IMG/VR virus record: IMGVR_UViG_3300027798_000013 | Direction: 5' to 3' (one strand) | Length of the DNA: 64,000 nucleotides | Origin: a virus | Lineage: Duplodnaviria; Heunggongvirae; Uroviricota; Caudoviricetes | Shown here: positions 47,697-58,200 of the stretch, one piece after another | Layout: every line of letters starts with the position of its first letter | How positions within the stretch are numbered: position 1 is the first letter of the stretch | Position numbers and translations under genes: made by a program | Notes under the pieces: model-generated | What the model was told of the DNA's origin: nothing | The model's database searches: none | Seen by the model: the letters and a program-made list of their open reading frames with translations, nothing else

Positions 47697-49193
47697 ATGA
47701 GCCAACTATTCACTATACTAGACGATAAAATTGTAATTAACAAGGCCCTGCTACGTTATGTAGAAGGTCCTACTTCCCTTACTGGGTCACTTGAAATCTT
47801 GGGCGGCGCTAGTGTACAAGATAATTTGATTGTGAAAGGCAGAATTGTTGCCGATGTTATCGAAGCTAACCAAATTATTAATAAGGGACTTGGCGGCGGC
47901 AGTGGAGACACTACTAATTTTAGAGCTGAATCCGAAGAGTCATTAAACGGACAAGGTGTTACTTGGAACGTTGGCGATACAGAAAGCACACTCGTATACC
48001 GTCCAGGCAACAGACTATACACCAACTTACATTTGGATTTGGAGCGTGGCCGTGCTTACAAGATAGATAATATCGAAGTACTGACTGGTAATACGTTAGG
48101 TAGTAGCGTTAGCCGTTCAAGTTTGCGTCAATTAGGTCCATTAAACAACTTAATTGTTAATGGTAATGTTGAGATTGGACAGTTTGTTTATGTAGATAGC
48201 GATACTGGACGAGTTGGTTTTGGTACTGAAAGTCCTAACGGTTCATTTAGTATTGTTGACAACGGTGCAGAATTTGTTATTGGCAGTCCAAGTACAGGCA
48301 CAGTAAACATCGGTACTTACAGCAATCACGATGTTGCTATTACTACAGACAATATTGCCCGTGTTACAGTTAAAACAGGCGGTGATGTACATGTTGGAAA
48401 TGTCACAAGTCGTGGCGCTAAGTTCTTTGTACATGGTACAATACATGCAGAAAACATTGTTACTGAAACTAAAATTGAACGTACTGACAGCGTTAAATTT
48501 CTAGCAACCGACGGCACAGTTTTCGGTATTGGTTTGCAGTGGGTGGGTTCTGGAAGTCCTAAGCAACTTATCCTACGCCCTGATCCAGATAGACTATGGT
48601 CAAGTGAACATATTGAACTTGCGGCGCATCGCAGTTTAATGATTAATAATAATAGAGTATTGGACGAAACCACACTAGGTGTATCTGTTACAGATTCTAG
48701 TTTGACTAGCGTGGGTAATCTCACGTCATTAACTGTAAATGGGGCGTCGGTTCTTAGCGATACTACTGCACAAAAGATACAAGCAACAGAAATTAATTTT
48801 GGTGAAGGTAGTCAACTGGTTAAAGTTAATGATAGAGGCGTTACTAGTAGCCTAAGTTTCAATCTAACAGTGGGTGAACAAAACATCATCTATGCTGACA
48901 GCGGAAGTATTACAATTGGTTCTTCAGAAAATACCCGTAGACAAATTCGAGCGTTTGGTACACTAAGCGTTAACGTAAATAATCCAGATCCAGAGCTACA
49001 GTTTGCAGTGGCTGGTAATATTGGGTTCGCTGGCCGAAAATTCATTACTGGTGCGAGTGCGCCTGAACAAGGTAATTACAATGTTGGCGACATTTGTTGG
49101 AGCGATGTTCCACAGATTGGCGGTAATGTTGGTTGGATCTGTTGCGTTGCAGGTGCTCCGGGCATGTGGTTTAAATTTGGTATGATTGGTTAA
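47697..49193 (+). CDS. putative virion structural protein (beta-helix or fibre-like repeats)
   Basis: Gly/Thr/Val/Asn-rich with repeated xGxVxIGT-like strands. Flanked by a terminator and a late-type promoter motif. Confidence 0.45.
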   Translation: MSQLFTILDDKIVINKALLRYVEGPTSLTGSLEILGGASVQDNLIVKGRIVADVIEANQIINKGLGGGSGDTTNFRAESEESLNGQGVTWNVGDTESTLVYRPGNRLYTNLHLDLERGRAYKIDNIEVLTGNTLGSSVSRSSLRQLGPLNNLIVNGNVEIGQFVYVDSDTGRVGFGTESPNGSFSIVDNGAEFVIGSPSTGTVNIGTYSNHDVAITTDNIARVTVKTGGDVHVGNVTSRGAKFFVHGTIHAENIVTETKIERTDSVKFLATDGTVFGIGLQWVGSGSPKQLILRPDPDRLWSSEHIELAAHRSLMINNNRVLDETTLGVSVTDSSLTSVGNLTSLTVNGASVLSDTTAQKIQATEINFGEGSQLVKVNDRGVTSSLSFNLTVGEQNIIYADSGSITIGSSENTRRQIRAFGTLSVNVNNPDPELQFAVAGNIGFAGRKFITGASAPEQGNYNVGDICWSDVPQIGGNVGWICCVAGAPGMWFKFGMIG

Positions 49194-49202
49194 CCAATAC
49201 CA

Positions 49203-49230
49203 TTGACCTTTACGCATAAAAGCGTATAAT
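49203..49230 (+). promoter_or_regulatory. sigma70-like promoter: TTGACC, 16-nt spacer, TATAAT
   Basis: -35 at 49203-49208 and -10 at 49225-49230, about 70 nt upstream of gene 49304. Confidence 0.35.
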
Positions 49231-49303
49231 TACTACATGCGGACTAAGACGCTCATCCCGCAATATAAACTCTGCGTGTCATTGCTTATTCAAGGAGAAT
49301 ACA

Positions 49304-49819
49304 ATGGCAAAATTTTACTCAACAAAAACTTACGGTAACGACAGAGGCTTATCCTGCTGTTTTAGACAATGGCGTGCCACACACAGCCATTGCTCAACAA
49401 TACATGGTTATTCAATTGGTATCAAATTAATATTTGAATGTGATACTCTAGATGACAAAAACTGGTGCATGGACTTTGGTGGCTTAAAAGAATTTAAGGC
49501 CTGGGCCGATTCTATGTTCGATCACACACTAGTGGTTGCTGAAGACGATCCTATGCTGGAATTTTTCAAACATATGAATGAGATGGTGGATATTGAAAGT
49601 AAAGATCATCTAAGCAAACTGCCACACGAGCGCGGCGCACTGTGCGATCTAAGAATTGTTCCAGGTGTAGGCTGTGAAATGTTTGCCAAAATGGCATATG
49701 ACAAAATGGCTGAGCTTTTAGCTAGTGGCGATATGCATTACCCAATCAATCCAACAGTCAGGATCAAATCAGTTGAGGTATTTGAACACGGTGCTAATTC
49801 GGCTACGTACGAAGGTTAA
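49304..49819 (+). CDS. 6-pyruvoyl-tetrahydropterin synthase / QueD-like protein
   Basis: Fits the PTPS fold pattern: CCFRQWRATHSHCSTIHGYSIG (a Cx3HGY variant of the CxxxHGH zinc motif) followed by DFGGLKEF. Confidence 0.55.
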   Translation: MAKFYSTKTYGNDRGLSCCFRQWRATHSHCSTIHGYSIGIKLIFECDTLDDKNWCMDFGGLKEFKAWADSMFDHTLVVAEDDPMLEFFKHMNEMVDIESKDHLSKLPHERGALCDLRIVPGVGCEMFAKMAYDKMAELLASGDMHYPINPTVRIKSVEVFEHGANSATYEG

Positions 49820-49981
49820 GCATTACTGGAGACTGTGGGCAAAAGCTCTGGGTGAAAAATCGGGCAGTTCGGACGTGGAAGCGGACCGAATTGCTTGCAT
49901 TAGAACTGCGATTGTGTTAATATATGTACTTACAAACTTTTTTATAATCTTAGGTGTCGTACGACACTGGTAAAGGCACAC

Positions 49982-51004
49982 ATGAAACGTATAGGCTATG
50001 CTTGCAAATGGTTAGACGATGCTAGTGAAGTGAGAGGCATGAAAGTAAATGCCGCTAATAGAGTAATGAATGGTCGCAGTACCACCATGCGATGGTTGCG
50101 TGAACATCCGCTTGAAGCTGAACAACGTCAATATGACTTGATGAATCACAACACAAGTGCCGCGGTTAAAATGATTGAAAAAGTTGCTACTCTGCCACCC
50201 GAGCGCAGAATGATGCGTATTGGATCTGAAATGCTGAGTGGCTACACTGAAAAAGATTGGATTACTTGGTGGCAACATCCAGATCAACAACAGCATTGCG
50301 AACGTATCTTTGCTCCAGTAGGTGAAGCCGCTCGCAAACATGATGTGCGTATTAGTTTCCATCCAGGACAGTTCTGTGTGCTGGCCAGTGAGAATCCCGG
50401 CATCGTAGAACGTAGCATTGAAGAATTTGAATATCATGCGGACATGGCTAGATGGATGGGCTTTGGTAAGACATTCCAAGACATGAAGATCAATGTGCAT
50501 ATTTCAGGCAAGCGTGGTCCTGAAGGCATCAAAGAAACGCTGAAGAAGTTGAGCCCCGAAGCCCGTAACTGCATCACTATTGAGAATGATGAGAACTGCT
50601 GGGGTGTGGATAGCAGTATTGAACTGGTGGATCACTGTGCGCTGGTATTGGACATTCACCATCATTGGATTCGCACCGGCGAGTACATTCAGCCTGCAGA
50701 TGATAGAGTCAAACGTATCATTGATTCTTGGCGTGGTGTACGGCCAGTATGCCATTACAGTGTGAGTAGAGAAGATGTGTTGGTGGATCACCCAGTGAAT
50801 GTGTTGCCAGATCATACTGAACTGTTAGCACAAGGCTACAAGAAACAAAAGATGCGGGCACACAGTGATTGGTACTGGAATCAGCCAGTGACTGATTGGG
50901 CGTTGGGCTTCTGGGAAAACTTTGACATCATGTGTGAAAGCAAAGGTAAAAACTTGAGCAGTGAGCAAGTGTACAATAGGGCAGTAGAACTAAAATTAGT
51001 ATAG
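49982..51004 (+). CDS. uvdE: UV damage endonuclease UvdE
   Basis: RISFHPGQF...INVHISG...ITIENDE...LDIHHH matches the conserved UvdE TIM-barrel metal-ligand blocks in order. Confidence 0.75.
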   Translation: MKRIGYACKWLDDASEVRGMKVNAANRVMNGRSTTMRWLREHPLEAEQRQYDLMNHNTSAAVKMIEKVATLPPERRMMRIGSEMLSGYTEKDWITWWQHPDQQQHCERIFAPVGEAARKHDVRISFHPGQFCVLASENPGIVERSIEEFEYHADMARWMGFGKTFQDMKINVHISGKRGPEGIKETLKKLSPEARNCITIENDENCWGVDSSIELVDHCALVLDIHHHWIRTGEYIQPADDRVKRIIDSWRGVRPVCHYSVSREDVLVDHPVNVLPDHTELLAQGYKKQKMRAHSDWYWNQPVTDWALGFWENFDIMCESKGKNLSSEQVYNRAVELKLV

Positions 51005-51022
51005 GAATTATGAAACAAATAG

Positions 51023-51250
51023 ATGGGAAATAACACTAGTAAAAAAGGTCAGCGCACCACACAACGACAAGCGCCTCGGCAATATGGCGCTACAAAATCA
51101 AGCCCAAAGCTATCTCGAGATCAACTGATACACAGGTTGGAAACTCTCCGAGAAGAGCTGGAAGAAAATCCCAATTTGAATGAACAGCGCAAGGCCAGGA
51201 TTCAAGAGGATATGGCTCGATACTCTGAGCAATTAGACAAGTTAATATAA
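51023..51250 (+). CDS. small basic protein with a coiled-coil C-terminus
   Basis: ORF track; Lys/Arg/Gln-rich. Confidence 0.45.
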   Translation: MGNNTSKKGQRTTQRQAPRQYGATKSSPKLSRDQLIHRLETLREELEENPNLNEQRKARIQEDMARYSEQLDKLI

Positions 51251-51278
51251 GGGCACAAGACCCTTATATTATTTTGCC
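51248..51278. terminator. candidate bidirectional terminator between convergent genes
   Basis: AAGGG-CACAAGA-CCCTT hairpin followed by an ATATTATTTT tract. Confidence 0.35.
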
Positions 51279-51529
51279 GCTTTTGGAGTACGTGGCTTTT
51301 TAGCCGCTGGTGCTTTCTTAGCTGTAGTTTTCTTAGCCGCTGGCTTTTTAGCTGGAGCCATTGATTCAACAACTGCTTGAGTAGCCTGGTCAGCAACTGG
51401 AATTGGACGTTGGGCAAGAGCAATATCTGATGTATCTTCCCATGATTTTGCTTCTACTTTATACGGTACTTCGGCAACTGGTGCTTCCTTAGGTGTAATT
51501 CCAAACAAACTTTTAATATAATGTAACAT
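51269..51529 (-). CDS. histone H1-like / AKKP-repeat basic protein, putative DNA-binding
   Basis: C-terminal PAKKPAAKKTTAKKAPAAKKPRTPKAAK. Confidence 0.5.
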   Translation of the reverse strand: MLHYIKSLFGITPKEAPVAEVPYKVEAKSWEDTSDIALAQRPIPVADQATQAVVESMAPAKKPAAKKTTAKKAPAAKKPRTPKAAK

Positions 51530-51558
51530 GGTTAATCTCCTGTTGAGTATTTATATAG

Positions 51559-51846
51559 CTATAATTGGCCTATAGTTTTTAAGCTACTAGCCGGTATATC
51601 CCAAATCTTACGTGCTTCTACACCTTTGAGTTGTGCAAACTTTTTTGGGTCACAGTCAGCACACACATGGTAAAAATTATTGTTTATGCGTTTGGGATCC
51701 ATACTTCCTTTATCTCGATAAATTACTTCGCTACATGCATCACATTGTAGCACAACCACAGTTTTTTTACGCTTGTAGGTATGAGTAATGCCCCTATTGC
51801 TGGTGCGTACATGATGTGATTCTCTAAACTCAGTGCGTATGAACAT
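51559..51846 (-). CDS. zinc-ribbon (CxxC...CxxC) basic protein
   Basis: CDAC...CADC. Confidence 0.45.
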   Translation of the reverse strand: MFIRTEFRESHHVRTSNRGITHTYKRKKTVVVLQCDACSEVIYRDKGSMDPKRINNNFYHVCADCDPKKFAQLKGVEARKIWDIPASSLKTIGQL

Positions 51847-51904
51847 ATACTATTTACATTCGGATTATAAAATTGGTTTGATAAATATCATATCGAGGGC
51901 AATC

Positions 51905-52228
51905 ATGATCACTATATCCGAGTCAGCAAAAACAAAAATCAAGGACCTACTCCTTGAAGAAAACAATCCCCAATTATCATTACGCACTTTTGTACAAGGT
52001 GGAGGCTGTAGTGGCTTTAGCTACGGTTTTACTTTTGACGATGTAATGAATGAGGATGATTTTGAAGTTCCTCTAGATGAATTTAAGTTACTTGTAGATG
52101 CAATGAGTATGCAATATCTGCAGGGTGCAGAAATAGACTATAAAGAAGAGCTTGCAGGCAGTTCTTTCACAATCACAAATCCCAACGCAAAATCAACATG
52201 CGGTTGCGGTTCTAGCTTCGGAGTTTAA
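51905..52228 (+). CDS. IscA/HesB/ErpA-type Fe-S cluster A-type carrier
   Basis: [16 protein letters not shown], then C-terminal CGCGSSF, the canonical three-Cys signature. The start is moved to the ATG at 51905. Confidence 0.75.
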   Translation: MITISESAKTKIKDLLLEENNPQLSLRTFVQGGGCSGFSYGFTFDDVMNEDDFEVPLDEFKLLVDAMSMQYLQGAEIDYKEELAGSSFTITNPNAKSTCGCGSSFGV

Positions 52229-52233
52229 TAAAA

Positions 52234-55200
52234 ATGGCAAAACAAGAAATTGATATTGGTATACAAGGTAATGACGGCACAGGCGACAGTATTCGTGACT
52301 CGTTCCGCAAGGTAAATGATAACTTTACAGAAGTATATGCAATTTTTGGCCTGGGCGGCACGATTAAATTCACTGCTCTAGGGGATACTCCGGATAGCTA
52401 TACTGCTGATCAGGTGTTTATTACTAACGGTGCAGGCACATCAATACTTGCTAAAACACTAACTGCCACTGGAGGTGTTAGTATTGATAACAGCCGTGCT
52501 GGCGAATTACGTTTGGTTGGTACCACATCCGATTTGAGAAACGACATTGCTCCTCGTTTAGGTGGACCATTAAACATTAATAATTTAGCAGTTGGTAACA
52601 TTCCTGATCCAAGCTCAGCATTGGTCAATGCGTTCAATGCCACGTATGCAAGTCTTGGTATTTCAACAACTATTGATAAATTGGCAATTAGCAAGGGTTA
52701 TGCTGACACTCACTATGTTGGCAAAGGCGACGGCAACGTGGTTGTAGGAGCATTGCGTTTACGTGATGAACCGCTGACTCCAGATTTAACTGACATAACT
52801 TATGATTCAACGTTAACTAGCAACTATCTATCAAACGAAGCATTGCCACGTAAAAATACAGTGTATCGTGGCGGTGACACAATGATTGGCAAGTTGACTC
52901 TCAGCGATCATCCTGCTCCAGTAGCTGGCTTTGGCACTCCAAACAGTGCAGATGACAAGCAGGCCGCTACAAAATTTTATGTTGATAATGAAGTATTTGT
53001 CAGCTCAACCAACTTGTATGTACGCACAGACGGCGATGACACACAATTAAAAACTCCTCCCGGACGCGAAGGCCGGAACTGGGCACATGCTTATAAAACT
53101 ATTGGTGCGGCCGCACTTCAAGCTGAAACACTACAAAGTCTGGCCAGCTTGGAACCTGGGCCATATCGTCAAAAGATCAGCTTTACAATTAGTCCCAATC
53201 AGTTTAACTCAACAATACAATCTGTCACACGCAGTGGCGGAAATACAGGTGTTGCTGGTTATGAAGATGCCGCGGCATTGCTCACTGCAAACAAAGCATT
53301 CATTCAAGCAGAAACTATTGCATACATCAATAACAAATATGTAAACACATTCACTTACGACCAAGTTAGATATCAAAGTGACATAGCATCAATTTTAACA
53401 GCAGTTGGCACTGACCTTGTGATTGGTTCTAATTACAATAGTCTGCAATTTGCCACTTCTTACTTTGCAAAGCAAAATTCCGCAATTATTAGTAATCAAT
53501 TGATTCAGACTGTTGATGCTATTAACTATGCCAGAGATGAAGTGTTGGCTTTTGCCTATAACTCTGCTTCGCTTACTACCTATCTTAATTCTGTGATCGA
53601 TGCTGTTAATTATGACATGGTGTTGAATTCCAACTATCAGAGTATCGTTTCTGCTAGATATTATCCAGATGCGGCTACCGGATTAACAGTTGAAGAAATA
53701 GTTGGAGCACTCGGCCAGTTAAAACTAGAATTAAATAATTTAGCACAAATTGGTGGTAACCCAGTAACGGTTGCTCGGGATAGAATTACCAGTTGCATCA
53801 ATGCCATGATTGTGGTGGTTCAGGGCGGTATTGAACCAGCATTGATCATGACTGCAACCAGCAGTTCAAGCATAGCAAAACAAAGCGCAAGAACTTTGTT
53901 ATTGAACAACATAGCATTTGCACAGGCTGAAATTATTGCTTGGATAGCGGCCAATTATCCAAAATTAGCATATAGTCAAACTACTTGTAAACGAGATGTT
54001 GCTTACATTATGGAAGCCATTGCATATGATCAGTTGTATGGTGGTAACAGCAGAACTGTTTATGCAGGACAAAGATATTGGGAAAATGCCGTTAGACAGA
54101 TTGCTAGTAGCGAACTTGCGGCGACCAAGGGTGCCATTGCATATATCAATACGCTGGCGCAAGCAATTATTAATAATGTTGGACCAGCACAAGTTTATCA
54201 AAACAGTGTTAATCAGTATCAGAATCAAACATACACTGGCGGCGCGGCACAAGGCCCAACTATTTCAAATTTAGTTGCACTTATTTCAGGCACTACATTT
54301 ACAATTACTGCTACTAATAGCATTAGTGGAATTACAACTGCTAGCACAACAAATATGACTGCTGGTATGTTGTTAACTTTTGACCTAGCATCTGCTATAA
54401 CTGTTACTGGTTTCCAAAGTAAGTCAGGCTCAGGCCCATACTTGGTAACGTTTGCAGTACCAGCATGGACTGTGCAACCTTTAGCTAACACATCATTTAC
54501 CATGGCCGGCAATGCCAACACCAGTTACAACGGTAATTTTGCTGTTAACAGTTCTACACCTACAACAGTTACCCTTAGCTATCCTAATGATCCTGGTGTT
54601 TATGGAGGTGGTGCAACAACTATTACTTCTTACTTTGGCGGCATTACTGGCGGCACAGCTTACTATGTAATTGAAATTACAGATGCCACACGTTTCAAAA
54701 TTTCATCATCGTCGGGCGGCTCGGCAATTACATTAACAAATACACAAGTTACAACAACAGCAACATGGGCAGGGTTGATATCAGCTAACAATGCGCCTGC
54801 TGTTACGCCGCCAAATTATGCCGCAGGTGCCGCAACACTGGTAACAGTTTATGGAAATATTAATTCTGCAAAAACTTCAGCAATTACCAATACCATAACG
54901 TTTGTTAACAACACATATCCATATATTAATAATGCAACTGCTATCACGCAGATTACCGCGTTGTTCAATACAATTACTAATACACTGTTGTTCAGCTTGG
55001 CAAATAGAACAAGTGTATCATTAGTTGCGCCTTCTTCATTAGGGTCTCCATTTAATAGTGCATCTCAATTATTATTGGCCAACGTTGGATTTATATCAGC
55101 AGAAGTTACTGGTTGGATCAAACAAAATTACGCATCACTAAATTATGTTGATGCTGACGGCCAAATACAATGGCAGAAAGATGTGCAATTGCTTGTGGAA

Positions 55201-58200
55201 GCAGTGGCCTATGATTTGACTTACGGCGGGCTAAGTGGCTCAACTACTGCGGCCAATCAATTTTGGACCAGTGCAGTAGTAAATGCGCTAACAGTATATA
55301 CCAGTGCTATTGATCCAACTGAAAAAGCAGCCAAGGTAGCCAGTCTTAGTTATCTGCAAACAATATCTGCTTCTATCATCGGTAACAATCCACCAAGTGC
55401 GCTGTATCAAAGTATTTTACCCAAGACAGCGACATTTATATCCAAGGCCGGATCGGGCCCTTATCTAGTTAGACTATCTACACCTACTCGAATTATACCA
55501 ATCCCAGTTGGTGAAAAAATTACAGTGGCCGGCAACTCAAATACTGGTTACAACGGGACATTCGTAGTAACTGCCAGTACATCAACCAGTACAACAATTT
55601 CTTACCCAAGTGATCCTGGTACATGGAGTATTGCAACCACCACTACATTTGAATTGGCTCAAACAACCAGCGGAACTTATACAGATGGAGCTGGTGCTGT
55701 TACCGCTATGAATACCAAGTGGGATAGAATTATTAATGTAATAGATCTTAATCCTCCCAACTTGGTTACAGCAACACCAGATTTAACCAATAGTTCATAT
55801 GCTAGTACAGGTTATGTTGCAGTGCGTTCTACAATTTTAGCCAATGCATTAACAGTTGCACAGTCAACCACAACTTACTTAAATGAAAAATACAAAGGCG
55901 GCTTCAACTATAACGAAGCCCTTTGTCGCAGAGACGTGGGATATATTGTTGATGCCATGAGCATTGATCTGTTAAGTGGTGGCACATATCAAAGTATCAA
56001 TGCTGGTAAGAGTTATTACAAAAGTGCCAGTGCTAGGCTAGCTATTACAACACAGTTGACAGAAACTCTCGATGGTATTCAATATGCTAGAACTTTAGGA
56101 TTGCAAGTTTTAAATCAAACAGTTGCAAGTCGTTATCAAGTGTTGGTAACGCAGGCCGTGGACGGTAGTAAAGATGCAAATCGAGGATACACTGCATCTG
56201 CTACATATTCAACATCATCCAGCACTACATTGAATGTTACCAGCATAAGTGGAACTGTCAAAGTTGGTATGACCGTATCGGGCACTGGATATACTGCTGG
56301 ACAAGTTGTTACTGCGGTGAATGGAAATCAACTTACATTAAGTGCGGCCGCTAATGGTACACCAAGCGGCGCATTAACTTTTACCATTACAGCTATTACC
56401 ACATTTACCAACAACTATGCTATTATGTTAAGCATTGTAGTTAATGGTGTAGGTGTTGCACCTACACCAGACTTTGGAACAGGTATCTATACCATTACAT
56501 TTACCAACGGCGGCAACGGCTATGTTGACCAATGCCCTCCTGGTGATTTTAATATTTTGCCAGGAAAAATTTTACGAGGTGGTTCTTCTGGTGCCACAGC
56601 AAATATATTAAGCTATAGTCCTGGATCATTAACTGGTGCATCAAATGACACAATCACTTGCCAGTTACTACAACCTGGATTCTTTGACCAAGCAAATAAT
56701 GAAGAATTAGAATTTGCTGAAAGTGTCGGTGCATTGCAAATTGTTATATTTGTTGAAGCTGGTATTTACAACGAAGATTACCCAATACGATTAACCGCCA
56801 ACGTTTCAATCAAAGGTGATGAATTCCGTAGAACAATTATTCGACCATTGGATCGAGTTAGTCAAAGTCCATGGCGTAAACTATTCTTCTACCGCGATTC
56901 AGTCATTGACGGTATGCAGATTGGTCCTATTGATAACAGTGTTGACTATGTTCCATCTACAAACCTCATTAGTTTTGTAAGCAAGACCAGTGTTGGTAGT
57001 GGTGCATACGATGTTGTGTTTAATATACCTACGCAAACATTTACCCCCAGCACCTTATTAACATATACGGTTGCTGGCAATACAAACTTGTCTTATAATG
57101 GAACATTCACTTGTGTTGCAAGTTCTACTACACAAATTACATTGCGTTATGCAAGTGATCCAGGAACATATGGCACAAGTACTGTTTCAACTATCGGACC
57201 ATTAGTTACAGCGACTATCAGCGGAACTGTTGGCAAAATTATTATTACATTGAGTAGTAACACACAGGTCAGTGTCAGTTATCTAGGCTATGTATTCCAA
57301 TCGGATGTATTAGACAGCAACGGCAAGCCTGGTCGTGCAGTAGTTGACAGTGTATCTGGTAACTTCATGAATGCCACAGTGATGTATCCGTTTACACAAA
57401 CAGCGGTAGCAACAATTAACTATACAAATGCTTTTACATTTGCAGTAGGCGAAACAATTGCACAAAGCGGAACAACATCCAGTGCTACTGGCGTTGTTAT
57501 TTCAGCAACAGCAACACAGTTAACTTATAAAGTTACTTCGGGCATCATGTCAAACACCAACGGTGCTATTATTGGAGCGACCAGCGGGGCGCAGGCCAGT
57601 GTGAGTTCTATATCGTTTGGTGTTCTTGCACCTACTTCATGGCATCTCTATGAAACTAAAAACTACGGACGTCATTATTTGACTGACCCGGCGGATATAA
57701 ACAGTACTCCAAAGAACAATAGAGACATTGACGTATTTTTATGCGGTAATGCTGTACGTATGAACAACATGACCGGTGAAGGTCATGGCGGATTTATGAT
57801 GGTGCTGGATCCAGAAGGCCAAATCAAATCTAAATCACCGTATGGACAGGTTGCTACCAGTTTTAGCCGAAGCCAAAACAAACAAGTTTTTGCCGGTGGA
57901 CAATTTGTAGATGGATTTGCCGGACGTTTGTTTGGACAAATAACATTCGCAAGTGTTGACGGATTTACATTAATTGTAACAGGCGGTGTTAATAGTGGAT
58001 TAGACATACGTGCTCCCCAAACTCCTAGTGCATTCTTTGTGCGTGGCGGCCGTTATCAGATTAATACTGTAAGCAATTATGCACAAACATTTGATGTGAA
58101 TGGAAATGTTATTGGCGGAACTGTTCAATTAAATCTTGGTGCTCAAACACCATGGCTTGGGGGCGCTGGACAAAAAATTAATATTGAAATGGCTGGTAAT

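Noticed and set aside
49820-49973. Possible small hydrophobic ORF (GTG start) between the PTPS and UvdE genes
   Set aside because: It has no ATG and only a weak RBS. The region also contains TATAAT-like promoter sequence for uvdE, so it was left as intergenic.
50012-50815. Minus-strand ORFs of 162 and 103 aa inside the UvdE gene
   Set aside because: The UvdE reading frame shows conserved family motifs along its length, so these antisense ORFs are spurious.
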